Assembly (NCBI RefSeq): GCF_009914755.1
Contig: NC_060925.1
DNA length: 64,000 nt
Direction: 5' to 3' (one strand)
From: the human T2T-CHM13v2.0 reference genome, Homo sapiens
Position 1 is the stretch's first letter, and every line of letters starts with the position of its first letter. The position numbers were made by a program, and so were the translations under genes. Of the stretch, positions 13,020 through 26,838 are shown in pieces. Under the pieces are notes generated by a model. The model saw nothing but the letters and a program-made list of their open reading frames with translations. It did not search any database and was not told the DNA's origin.

Positions 13020-14814
13020 CTTTTAGGGGGAAATTACTTTTGATTAGGGCTCTTGAGTCTCAAAGGACTAGTACCATACCAGCCCCCCACACTCTTCATC
13101 TTCATGTGACCTGTCTGAAATTAAGGCAAGCAGAGCTCCAGAAGGCTGGGTCTTCACATGAATTTTAAGGCCAATTTGAGCCATCTAAATGATATTTTTT
13201 CCAGGCAAATCGTTTCAAGATGAATAGTTACTACCGTTAGAAACTCTAACAACATTAGGGTTTAGCCAACTTATCAAAGAGAAGGTAAAACCTGTAGGAC
13301 CCTCGAGTTAACTAATCCCTGGGTCAATGAACATATAAGTAAGAAGAGCAAGGAGAGAAGAGTATAAAAATGAGTAAGAAAAAATAATGAGAAGGAACCT
13401 ATATGCCAAACATTAGGGTAACTGTTCTATATCTTGACTGTATCAACGTCAATACACTGGTTGTAATATTATGCAACAGTTCCATAAGATGATGTTACCA
13501 CTGGGAGACCCTTGATAAAGGGTACAGGAAATCTTTCTATATTAATTCTTATAACTGCACAAAACTACAAGTATCTGAAAATAAAAAGTCTAATTTTTGA
13601 AAATGTTAGGGCAAGCAACATAGGGTACAGAGAAGACATGAAAGATGTTGAAAATCTCTGGTGAAGTATGGATGTGAAGGGCAAGGCCAAGAATAATGAG
13701 ACTGGAGCAAGCTGTGCTCAGCCTGAGGCACCCATACTTAAAGGATGGGGATTTGTGGAAGAAGACAAAGAAAGTCCACCCAATGTACTAGGAGATGGAA
13801 AAAGGACTGGTATGCACTGCCTGAAAAAGATCACACTAAAGGAAGCTAAACATGAGCCCACATCTGGCTAGGTTGCAGGTCACCACTATAGCAACAATGG
13901 AGACTAAGGCAAAGGCTCCTACATCCCTTAACAAAGAACAAGATAATGTCTTCAACTTACAACCAGGAATCTGTGATTAACAAAAACAGTATAGGGCCAG
14001 ATCATATGAGCTATAAAATAAAGTGGTGATTGGTTTTGTTTGAGGTCTTTTAAAAACAGTTTAGAGAGCTATCAAAGGAACTAAAATTTAGATCATCCGA
14101 ATTCTCTAAAACATGACAAGTTGTTGAAAATAAAAATATGTCAAGGTGTCCTTCATTCTTCCTTTGTAAATAAAACTCAACAAATAATTTTAAAAGGCAC
14201 TCTGATAAAGAGGCCTCCTAATAAAAAAAGAACACAATATTTGTGCTTGGAAAATGCCAAGGCTATCTCTAGACCCAGAATACCTAGCAATTTGACTGGC
14301 TCATGTATCTGTAGAAGGCCTGTTAGCCATCATTACTCGCGGATGCTAGTTGTGTCTGACTTAACCTAACTGACTGCCTGTTCTTTATTCCTATCTAACA
14401 TGTACCTCCATTACTATAGAACCAATATCACTCTATCACACTTATTTGGTTGCACATCTGTCTCCCACTACTTGGCTGCAGTTTAGAGGGGTTCTTTTGT
14501 ATTCCCAGCAAGAGCCAACTGCCTAGGATGGCAGGATGGGTATGTGGATGTCTCCGGAACTCCGTGCTCGGCATAACCCTTCCATGCTCTTCTCCTAACT
14601 CCAGCCATATAATTCTTGAAGGAGCAACCATGTCTTTACATGATCAAACCCTCCTGGCCATGGCTGACTGACCCAAGATGGGCATCTGATCCAAGCTACA
14701 TCACTGTATCTCTCCCAAATTATTGGAGTAGGACCACTTTGCCACATAGACCAAAAAGATGAGGAGGCTGGTCTGCAGAGAAAGTGATATGGGTGAATCA
14801 GAAGTGCACAGAGA

Positions 14815-15010
14815 GCCAGGCACAGTGGCTCACACCTGTAAACCCAACATTTTGGGAGGCCAAACAGGAAGATCACTGGAGCCCACAAGTTAGAGACCAG
14901 CCTGCAGGCACTACTTGGGAGGCTGAAGTAGGAGAATCACTTGTGCCATGATCATGCCACTGCACCCCAGTCTGGACAATAGAGCAAGACCCTGTCTCAA
15001 AAAAAGAAAA
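14815..15010 (+). mobile_element. Internally deleted Alu (AluJ-like)
   Basis: GCCAGGCACAGTGGCTCACACCTGTAA...GCCACTGCACCCCAGTCTGG..GACCCTGTCTCAAAA; central segments are missing. Confidence 0.85.
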
Positions 15011-15197
15011 ATAGAAAAGATGTGCACAAAGAGAAAAAAACATGGTGGCATTCAAGTTGTTGGTTCCAATTGCTACTGAAGCCCAACTACTAGTAAGCCT
15101 ACTCAGTGGCATAGCCATTCTGAGAGATGCCTCTTGCAACAGGTCTTTCTAATTTGAAACGAGGCTGTGTCAACTGCATCCCAAAGTATTAATACAG

Positions 15198-15476
15198 AAA
15201 GAGTGAGTGAGGGATGAGGGAGTGAATGGGGGAGGTAATGAGGGTAATGAGGGAAATGAGGGAGGAAGGAAGGGAGAAGATGAATAAGAAAGTGAGAACA
15301 CTGAGGTAGTGAGTGAGGGAGTGATTGCAAGGAGTGAGTGAGCGAGGGAGGGAATGCGTGAGAGAGTAAAAGATGGAGGGAGGTGAGAAAGGGAGGGAGG
15401 AAGGTAAGAAAGGGAGGGAGGGAGGGAGTCAGTGAGTGAGTGAAGGAATCAGAGAGTGAAGGAGGGAGGGAGTGAG
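15198..15476. repeat. GA-rich low-complexity tract (GAGT/GAGG units)
   Basis: About 280 bp of purine-biased GAGTGAGT/GAGGGAGG repeats. Confidence 0.9.
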
Positions 15477-18400
15477 CTCACCGGCAATAATCTCCCTCAG
15501 GGTAGATGATGTCATTTATTACAGAAACTTTGCTGTCTTATAGTGCTAGCAGAAATGGTACCTCAAAGTAATGACAGCTGTGTTATTAGGATGCAGGTGG
15601 GATTGAGAAATGAAAACATGACCAAGAAGTAGGTGAAGAGCTACTGCAACATGAAAATTGCTGAGTCTCATCTATTATACTTATGCTAACTCAAATATCC
15701 ACTGCCCACCAACCAAACTGACTTGCTGAATGTGAACAATTTAGATGTCATTTTTCTTTATTGAGGCTTTGTGATAATTTTGGGTACTATAAGACACAAT
15801 GTGTTTAAAGCTATTTTGTATACATTTCTTATGCACCATAATAAACAGACACTGAAATAATGTAGCAAGACAAACTAGGTAAATAAAGGAAAGGAAATGT
15901 GGCACTCTTGGGAGAGGAAACCAGTAGCCATTGACTGCCTACTGAGAAGCAAGCACTGTGCTTGGGCTCCCATAAAAATTGTCTCATTTATATCTGAGGA
16001 AACAGCCTCAAAGAGGTAAAATAATTTGCCTTTGTAAGCCAGTGAGTGAAGGACAGTTGAGATTTGAACTGGAGCTGCCTCACTCTAAAATTCTTAACAA
16101 AGACCTGAGGTGAGAACCTGAACATATCAAGCCATCTCTGCATGTCTCGGGCTTCCCAAGGGCACACAGACATGGGGAAGTGGACAGGATGGAGGAGGTG
16201 AGGACTCAAATCATGACTCAAACAATTGGTTACTGGAAACACTTGTGACTGCAAACTCCTGTCTAAAAGGGAAATGTATTTTTAGGTACAGTCCACTGAT
16301 TTTTGAATGAGACTGAATTTTGAAGATTAGCTGCCTTCACTGAACACCTTTGGACCATGCATCTGTTCGATAGTGCTTGTTAGGGACAGGAAATTTAGAG
16401 ATCCAAGAAGATAGTGGCTTATAAGTAATTAGCTACTGGATGGATCACACTTCTCTAAGGTTCAGGCACATTTCTACAAATTCACATTTCCTCCTAGTCC
16501 TATTTCTGCCAGATTATTTTCTCCCTATTAAAATTCTATCAACTGGTTCTAAAATTCAGAATAGGAAAAACAGTAACCAGGGTGGCCATAAAACTTGCTT
16601 ATTCTAAAATTCCCAGTGGAACATCTGCTATAACAACTCCCTTCACGTCACCACCCTCCTGGCACAGGAGAAAACCAATGCTAAAGACTAAAAATAAAAA
16701 ACTTCAGGTTCAGGAAGGTAAAAAAAAGGAAATAAAATCTTCCAAAGTTCACACGGTTGGTGAGTGAGAGTGCTGCATTGAAACCCGGATTGATCTGACT
16801 GCAAATCTGATGCTCTTTGACTGCAGCAGAGTTGAGTATTCAGCCCTGGATGTGATCAACACAATCTACAGATGAGGTCGCTGATCCCAGGGTCTTACAG
16901 CACCCTGAGAAGGCATAGGTGCATAAGACAGTTAAGGAACACTCGTATTAGAAAGGAATAAAGGCAGAAGGTCACTAGATATTTGAGTGGGAAAAGTTCT
17001 TGGCGATCACCTAGAGGTCTTAACGTGTATGCTCTACGGTCATTGAGCTTATCCCACTGGTGCAAGAAAGCACCAGCCTGGGCTGGTGGTTGAAGATTTA
17101 CAGAGGAATACAGGATTAAGTCTTAAACATATTAAAATAACTGCAGTGTATTCTTTGGCTGGGGTTTTAGAAGAAGAAAAAGTGGGAGGTCATTGAGGCT
17201 TTGACTTCGAGTATGAATTCGGAACTTGATACAACAAGTAAAGGAGGATGAGGAAAGACATGATCGATACTGTGTTTGAAGGTAAGTTGGCCAATAGAAC
17301 ATAGAAGGGATTAAAAGCAAATGACTTTATGTTAGTAGGGAAAGCAGGAGAGAGCACTAAGTTATAGGCTACCTAGCAAATAAAAGCCTTTGGTGAAACA
17401 GGAGAGCTGTATTGTTTCCATGTCCTACCAAGCTACTAAATCTTCAATACAAACAAGTGTCAGCATGTATCATCACCTGTGTCAACACACAAACTTTGCT
17501 GGTGAACTCCCAAAATGTTGCACAAAGCTCAGTTAGGCAAGTTTTCAAGAGCAATAATTATCCCTCTCAGTAATTTCCACCTGCCAGATATTGCAGGCTA
17601 CTGTCATTTTTTTAACATCAGGACTGAGGCAGTGGACTAGTTAGGCTCTTATTTCCTATGGGCAAAAGAGAAAGAAGATAACTTGTTTTTAAAAACTACC
17701 CTCTCTAATGCCACAATGACTCTGGAATAATCTGAAATGAAATGTCAAACTAGCATATCCTTGGCTGATACCTTAAACACTGAGTGCCACCTGTAACTAC
17801 TGACAATTTTCTGGTTGATCACTTTTGCCTCGTAAATATACTCAAATCTACACCTCTCCTTTGTACAGTTTATACTAACCACAATAACTTTTGTTGATTC
17901 CTCAAACATTAAGTTCTCTCCTGCCTCAGTGCTGCTGCATAAGCTGCTCTGTCCACCTGAAACATTTTTTCCCTGCTTATTCACATGGCGAGGTACCTGT
18001 CTTATCAATAGAGTAGGTCTCCAAATGCACATCTCCTCATGATTCTCCACCATTGCATCATTCCATTCAATCCATCCTGGAATGTATCACGAGCTGTGAT
18101 TTCATATTTATTTACTCTTTACAGTCTCTTCCCCATTTCGCTATAAGCTCCAGGAGGGCAGGGACTGTGTCTGCCATTCACCTCAGTATCTATGCCAGCC
18201 ACTGTACTAGACACTTGGTGTCAGTGGTGGAACTGACCTTGGACAGCATCTAATCTAACATGCTCATTTTACAGATGAGGAAACTAGGACCTGAGAGGTA
18301 TAGCAACTTGCCCAACTTTGCACAGTTAGTTGGCAAAATAATTAGAAGTGAAAATAGCTCAGTGCTGATAAAGACTTTGGGGTGTGAGATTGCTGCAGAT

Positions 18401-18635
18401 CAAGTTAGTTTTCAAAATAAAGAAGGCCAATCTGAGCTGACTGTTGAGGGATGTAGGGAAAGAGGAAGAAACTCAGAGTGCTACAAGTGAAGATGACATG
18501 GCATTACCAAGCCACCATTAGCAAAGGAAGTATACTGTTTTGGTTTTGCAGGAGTAGGGTCACCTCCATGCTGATCTTTTCTTGTTGCTCCATCCTCTGG
18601 CTTCAGGCTGAACAAGTAAGATTATGGGCACAGTC

Positions 18636-19031
<396 letters not shown>

Positions 19032-19849
19032 TCAGCCAAGTGAGCCAAAGACCATGAAACAGTCAGCATTTATGAGCTGTAACACGCAGGGACACAAACA
19101 GCTCATTATGGCTCTCTCAAGGCAAGGGCCCCACCCACAAACCACTAATCTGATTTGGAGCTACAAGTGATGGGTAAAAAATAGAGGGGGACAACAAGAG
19201 AAAGAAAGAAAAGAAGAGAAAGGAATTGAAAAAAGTAAGGTGCTGAGCCTCGACTCTCATCCTTTCCAGTCATCTCTCAACTGTGAAGTCTGTGGGAAAA
19301 AGTCTGATCACATTACTGGTCCAGTTAAGGGTCAACTCTCATTGCAACAACAATCTCCACAAGAGGAACAAATAAAAAATGAGCTTGGCTGGCCCTTGCA
19401 CTGAGTCTGCTACCTTCTCCTCTATGGCTGAGTCAAGAGAGCTCCATCTCCTATATACCTTTCCAACCAGCAGTCACCCAAGCCCCTGAGTTCTGGAGTT
19501 TCATCTCTTTCTGTGTCAGAGCAGATCATTCCTGGGACTTCTATCCTACAAAACCTCAGCTCCATACACAGGAGACTTTCTATCACGCTGCTGAAGTTGG
19601 AGCTGAAGAACAAAGAACAAGCTTGAGTGTCCCATCACCTGCTCGGAATAAAGTTGGGTGAAACATTCTGTATAAACACTGCTGTCTACAGGGCCTGCCT
19701 ACTGAGAGGATGGTCTGGGAGTATAGATGTGGCTAAGGGGATAATGTAGTTGTGGAAAGGATATTCATACACAGAATAAATGCAAGAAATTCCTCCACTA
19801 ATTCTAGACAGCATCATCTTTTTCAGGACTTCTCAAAGGCCTGGTTTCC

Positions 19850-20432
19850 CTGCATCATGACCAATGTATTTTCTAAAGAGCCGCCAGGATGATCTTAACA
19901 TGTAAAGTAGAATGCGCCACTCGCTTGTTCAAATCCTTTGATGAATTATTTTGCATTTAGGATAAAATTCTAACACCTACCAGTGTTTTCTGCCTATCTC
20001 TTTAGGCTCTAACCATGAAATATCACTAGCTCCAGCCACTCTGGGCTTTTTTCATTTCTCAAAATGATCACATTCTTTCCCTCCTCAGTGGCTAGCACAC
20101 GTTATTCCTTGTGCCTGGGATAGTCTTATCCTCACTCTCCCCAACTCCTACTCATTGTCTATATGGAAAATGTTACTTTCTCAAAGAGACCTTACTTGCT
20201 TGTCACTAAACACAATTAGTTCTGCCTATTAATATGCTCTCCAGATACATTCTATGTTTCCTGCAAGGCATTTAGTACAGTTCAAAATTTTATGGAGAAT
20301 TATATTGTCTATGCCTGTGTTTCTCACTAGACTGTCAGTGCCATGAAGAAATGGGGGGTAGCTGTTTACCTCATCACTGAATCCCCAGCATGAAACACAA
20401 TCCCAAGCTTAAATAAATATTCGTTAAATGAA
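19850..20432 (+). mobile_element. L2 3' end fossil
   Basis: CTAGACTGTCAGTGCCATGAAG..CATCACTGAATCCCCAGCA..AATAAATATTCGTTAAATGAATG, typical of an L2 terminus. Confidence 0.65.
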
Positions 20433-21103
20433 TGTTTATCTGCTTAAGGTTCTCTTATTTAAGTTATCCTAATCCCAAAATAATAATTATCTTTCAACTC
20501 ACCCTTCTCATAGCAACAGTATCTCTATTCTGTTCCTACCCAAAGTGTCCGTCACCCTTGTCTACACCACCAGTTCACACGCAAACCCCTCATCCCAGTC
20601 CCCTTCCTGTGTCACTGAACTCTATCTCATTTGTATCACACCCAGATTCACCTTGCCTTTGCCCACTAATCCTTCAACTACGCCTCAAGGGCAACTCTAC
20701 ATTAAGGTGTACAACTTCCTTCTTTGACTGAAACCTGAGTTTTCCCTAAACACACCAGCCCAGTCAGCCCTCTGCGGTAGAGCTCCTGCAGTCCTCCTCT
20801 TCTAAACACTGCCACTGACAGGAAACTAGGGGAGAAAGAGCGGGTTTTCTTTTTATTCCCCAACGTCACTACTAACCTCAGCAGTAAAAACATATGCACT
20901 GAGTTATTTCTAGGTTCCAGATGATATGTGCTTTACATTGATTGTCAACTATAGTCTTCATATATAATTAGTCTAATTTTACAGATTTAGTACAAACTCG
21001 GTACACACTGAAGAAAAATACTAAAGTATCTTAGAAAGGTAAGAAGAGCTGTGAATTTGGAGATGAGGTTGGGCTGGGAACAACTGGAAAATTTAATGCT
21101 GTA

Positions 21104-21715
21104 ATTCATTCATTCGTTTATCTAAAATATATATATGTACACATACACACACACGCACACAAACACAATGTGCCAGGCTCTGACTATACACAATGGGATT
21201 ATAATGGTGAACAAAACAGCCATGGCTTCTGCCTGCAGAACTTACAAACAGCAGACTTATAACCAAACAAACAATGATGACACAGAGTGACAGGTGCTTT
21301 CATAGATACCTATTGCCTTGGGAGTACAGAGTAGGGAGAATAGAGAGGAACTAGAGAATGTAACTTTTAAGAGAAGGCCTGGGAGGAGCGTGCCAGGTTG
21401 TGAAAGAGGGGAGAAGTGTGTGAGGGAGTGTGTAGAGAAAGGGTGGAGTGCGGAGTATTTCAGGCAGAAAGCATAGGCTTGAGTTGAAGAGACAGCATGG
21501 TTCATTTGCGGCAATGAAAAAAAATTCTTGTGGTTGAATTATAAGAAATGCATTAGGGGAGTGAAGAGAGGTGTGGCTGGAGAGGGAGTTACATGCACAG
21601 CCTTGGGACTAAATCCAAAGACAAGGAGGACCCATTGAAGTGTTTCCAGCAAAGAAATGACTCGATCCAATGCATGTTTCAGAAAGTCCACTCTGCTGCA
21701 GTGAGGAGAATGGAC
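21104..21715 (-). mobile_element. L2 3' end fossil
   Basis: TTCATTCATTCG..AATGTGCCAGGCTCTG..GTGAACAAAACAG..TTTCAGAAAGTCCACTCTG. Confidence 0.6.
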
Positions 21716-24700
21716 TGAACTCCACCTCACCCCTCCAGGTCAACAAAAACTTCAAGAACTGCAGAGTCCAGGCTCCTGTGGCCACTATTGGCCACTATAG
21801 CAATGAGAAATACTGCAGTGCATCTGGGGCAGATTCCGGAGGCAGCAGCACTGAAAAGCATCCAGGCTCAGCCACTGGGTGGATTGCCATGGAGGCTGGG
21901 CCAGTACTGGGCATTCAGAAAGCTGACCCCCGCCACAGAGAAGAAAGTGGTGCCAAGCTTTGGTCTCCTGCTAGGAGGCCCCACTCTCTGGCTCTCCCCA
22001 CCTTAGGCTGCTGGGTTGTTGAGCCAGTTTACATAAAAGCCCCTCACTGCACCAGGAGGAAAAACTAGCTGCAGCCAGGTTGAGAGTGAGGGGATCCAGG
22101 GGAACACCCACCTCCCCTGTCTATGGGCAGGCAGTTACTCTGCTCAGAATGAGTAAAATGGAAAAAAACAACATGGCACCTATTAAAAGATTCTACAACA
22201 TAAAACATGGAGAATGTAATGCTTAAGATATTGATGAAAAGCACACTGGGAAAATTATTCACTTACAGGAGCTAATACATTTTAGAAAGAACTGCTCCTG
22301 TACACTCAAGACATTTAGACATGTTTACGTTCTACAAAGAAATAAAAAATAATATAGGACATTAGTCTCTGATCAAAGGGGCTGAGAGGCAGGCAGAAGA
22401 AGCTATAAAGGACTGACCTGACAATGAAGAAATATAAGTCAGTGTTATAAAGAAGAACCTTAAGAGAGCTCTCACAGAACACAAAACAAAAAATGAACAG
22501 ATTAAAAATCAAGAGAGATTTTAGCTTTGCAGAAGAAAGAATGAAGACCTAATTGCAAAGATAATAGGTTTTCCTGACAACTCTACAACAAATGAAAAAG
22601 AAGGCAGGGAGCCCAGTGTTACTTATGAAAAAGAAGAAACACTCAACTGGCATTGCATTTCCCTAGAATAGTAACCAGAAGACACAAAGGAACAATGTCT
22701 AAGAATTTGATGAGATTAATTCGTGACCCAAGAATTTGATATCTAGTCAAGATACAACTTGTGTATGAAGGCAACTAAATCAAAAGACATTTTTTGACTA
22801 ACCAAATGGGTCCAACATGTAACTCCTCTGAAATAAAATTATTCAAAGATACTTATTCAGCTAAAATGTTAATGAAAATAAGGAACTCAGAAATGAAAAT
22901 GTTGTGACATAATTGCACTGGTAGTTAACACAAAACAAGTAGCACATACAACTAAGTTGAAAATATTATAAATTGGGTTATAAAATTGTAAATATCAAGA
23001 ATAATTTTAAAGAATATGTATATGTTTATAAATTTGATAACAATAATATAAATATTGAAACCCAGATTATTTATACAAAGTCTAGTGAGTGAGTGAAAGC
23101 TATGAGAAGTATGCTAATTCCTCATCTTCGAGAGAAAGAAATCAATAAATACATTCTAATTTCTGACATTAAAAGTAGATAGATGAATTGAAGTCCTTTA
23201 AAAATTAAAAAAAAGACATAGTATAATATAAATTATCACACCATGGTCTGTCGTTCTCGTGGACCAATTTCCTCTTCCTAGAATGACAAGCATGTGGCTT
23301 ATGTTCTCGCTCTTTCCTCTCCTGTCTCGCATGATATCAACATCTGGGTTGAGGACCAGTAAGGTCATCTGAGTCAAGAGTTCTTACTTTTCTCAACCTT
23401 ACAGACCTCCGCATCCATTCCATATCACAAGCACGCTCACATTCTACACCTCTGTTACAAGACACTCATTGTTCTAGTCCAAGATCTCAAACTTGGTACT
23501 TCCACTCTCTGACTATAACTTTCCCATCTTCTTCCTTTCCCATTCCCAGCAGACATCTTACCTAAAGTATTCCCCACTAAAAACTGTAAGAGTAAACCCC
23601 TCCCAATAATCCACTTCATTAGCCAACGCCCTTTGAGCTGCCTTACTCTTAGTGTAGCCAAGCTCTATGGTCAATGAGATGAATAAAGTTTCTGTCTCCC
23701 ATAACCCTGCGTTGTGTCTCCCTCGCTCTTCCTTTTCAGTTGTGCAAAATCTTACATAGTGATCTAAACCCATTTTGCCCCTTCCTTCTCCCCAAAGCCT
23801 ACTTTTTCCTTTAACTTCCTCAATCTAGCTTCTTAGTCTTGTCTGTATTAAAACTGTATTTCAGAAAATTTCTAATGACTCAAATATTCTAATGAATATT
23901 TTGCAGTTATCATTTATATTTGAGTCTCCTGGTTGTCAGTTATTAATAACCATGGTTTGTTAAAATCAGTTCTGGGAATGTCAAAATAAGTAAGAGCAGT
24001 TTCCTGCCTTCCAGAGGCTGATAGTCTCTTAGGCAAGCTGAACAAATAACGCAGTAAGAGAAGTAAAATATTACAGGAGCTGCCACCAAGGCATGTGGAG
24101 TTGAGTTCAGGGCAAGCTTCTAAGGCTGTACCCTTTAACTTGAGGATGCTATCATGGCCGAGCTCTCTTCCCACCTCTCAAACCTCCCCTTTTCTCACTT
24201 TCCTTCTTTGGATCCCCTTCCTCGTCAATTTTCTGAAGTGTGGATGTTTCTCATACTTCGGGTCCAAATCCTCTGTTCTTATCACTCCATCCAATTTCCC
24301 TCACAGACTTGACACATTCCATGGTAACCCTGAGTCTCTCGTCCCTGCCTGTATTCTGAGCTCCTGGGTCTTACTGCTGCATGTTTTTCACTTGGAAAAC
24401 TCATCTCCAACTTACCATCATTTCTACCCTATTTCTCCTTCTCTGTCAACAGTTCCCATCCATTACTCAGACTCAAAACAGAAGTTCACTCTTCTCGATC
24501 ACCTTCCTTACCCCACCAAGTACTTAGATGCTTCCCCATTCCCACCATTGTTTCTTTCAAATTCACATTCACACACACCTTCTGCTTCCTAGTGTGGTTA
24601 TGTGTGGACTTTCTTATGTCTTCCTAGTCAATTTTACCACTCTTAAAATAGGAATTTTTTCTTTGTGTCTCTTACAGTATCTAGCATAATATATTCCATG

Positions 24701-26261
24701 TAGTAGTTGTTCAATAAATATCTGTAAGTAGGTCCAATAGATAAATTATTGAACCTACTAACAACCGTTCCATGGGGGCTTAGAGAGCCATGAAGTTAAA
24801 CTGGATCGTGCCTGTAACATAGCCAAGGCTACACCCTGAGTCATGGACTGCAGGGCAGGAAAGATCCTGCCTGCAGTCTCACCTCCTGCATGTGGGGCTA
24901 GACTATCCACTCGTCCTTGTTTCCACCAACAGCGCCACTAATCAACTCTGGGACATCTGGGGCAAGGGTGCTTCAGGTTAGCACTGTGGCAGTCTGCCCA
25001 ACTGATAGGAAACCGAATTTGGGGTGAGGAGGTAGAATTCAGAAAACAGGCTTATTATACTTCTCACAATCAGGCTTACAGCAGAAAAATTGAAATGTGA
25101 GACATATTTTCCCATTCCTCCATGTAGAATATAAAAGAGAGCAGCTTTGAAATACCATATATAATTAAGTAGTATTCTCTCTCAATCAAAAAACCTCCAT
25201 CCCTATAGTCCTAAAAAAAAAAAAGTAGAAAAATGGTTGTGAGAAAAGCCTTACTCTAGAGAATAATTCATCACCAGCTAGAGGCTAGACTGAGACAGGA
25301 AGATCTAGCTCAAAATAAAAGCACCATCATGAAAATCTCCATTCCCAGACACAAGGAGCTCATGCACCACCTCTGGCAAATGTACTTGCCAACTCACATC
25401 AAACATTTTTACTGAATTGGGAGCACTGACAGCAATGAAAACCTCCCCCAGCTCTTGAGGCTCATCATGCTGTAAAGGAGAGCTGAGAGAAAGTGTGGTC
25501 AGTTTTCTTTGACTCATATCCACCTAACTTCCATTGTTCACTTCTGCTTCATGTCCCAGAGCACTATTCCAAGCCCATGCTGAAATTATATTTCTGGATT
25601 AATAACAAGCACAAGAAAATAAATCACATCTGCCCCAGAAGTGAGCCCAAAGTCAAAAGCAGCCACAGAGAGGAATTTGTGAGTTGAGCTTAGGGTCAAC
25701 TTTAATTCTGAAGGAAATGAACCTTTAAAAAGAAAATTCAAATAACAGTCTATGTAGACAAAACATTAATCTACACTGCTCTAATAAATTTTGGGCCCTT
25801 TAAAACCCTTTTTTCCTTAAATGGATATCTGCCAGAGCAGAACTTCTCTGATAAGATGGCCTGAGGCCAAATACAGTATAATAAAGACGTTTGTGCTCTA
25901 TCTTCATCCAACCATCAGGTCTACTTCTATTTCCTAAAGGAATATCCAGTATTCAGGCTTATCCCTATAAGACACTTCCCTATAAAGAAGTAAATCATCT
26001 CCCCACACCCACTCCCTAAGACCAATTTCTTTTTTCCATCTGAGCTTAAGCTAGTCCACAAGAGTGGTAGTTTTTGAAGGCACAAACAAACACTAATTAG
26101 ACAGCCACAGTAGGTAAAAACGCCTGTAGTGGGGTATATAACACAGTTCTGCCCACAGGCCATGGGGAAACCATCTATTCCTCTACTTCAGGGCTAGAAC
26201 AGATGCTTCTACAAAGCAGCAGCAATGGTAATACCTACAGACCATCTTTGCATCTGAAGTA

Positions 26262-26838
26262 ATGCTGTCCAACTGAAATATAATGAGAGTAACAGATATA
26301 ATTTCAAATTTTCCAGTGGCTACTAAAATATTTAATGGTAAAAAGGAATAGGGGAAATTAATTTTAATATTATGTTATATTTAATTCAATGTACCAAAAT
26401 GTATTATTTCAGCATCTAATCAATATTTAAACATTATTAAAAAGATATCTTTTTTTCCATATGAAGTTCTTTTTTTTTTTTTGAGACAGGTTCTTGGTCT
26501 CACTCTGTCCCCTAGGGTGGAATGTGCAGTGGCGTGATTAGCCTCCCAAGTGACCAGGACTACAGGTGCACGCCACCACACCCAGCTAATTTTGTATTTT
26601 TTGTAGAGACAGGGTTTTGCCATGTTACGCAGGCTGTTCTCAAACTCCTGGGCCCAAGAGATCCATTCATCTCAGTTTCCCAAAGTGCTGGGATTAGAGG
26701 CATGAGCCACTGTGCCCGGCCATACTAAGTCTTCAAAATCAGTTATTTGACAATTACAACACATCTCAATTCACATTAGCCATATTTCAGATGCTCAATA
26801 GCAAGATGAAACCAGGGGCCACCATATAGAATAGGATG
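26262..26838. mobile_element. MER33-like hAT-Charlie DNA transposon fossil (interrupted by Alu)
   Basis: GCTGTCCAA..GAAATATAATG...ATTAATTTTAATA...CATCTCAATTCACATTAGCCATATTTCAGATGCTCAATAGC resembles the recalled MER33 consensus. Confidence 0.65.
26470..26721 (-). mobile_element. Alu (AluJ-like, partial deletion) inserted in a MER33-like element
   Basis: PolyT-GAGACAGG...CCCAAAGTGCTGGGATTAGAGGCATGAGCCACTGTGCCCGGCC. Confidence 0.9.

Noticed and set aside
4560-15200. Possible MLT1-type LTR fossils near 4580-4950 and 14530-15200, and numerous MIR/L2/L1ME fragments elsewhere
   Set aside because: Too diverged to delimit or assign reliably by eye; needs RepeatMasker.
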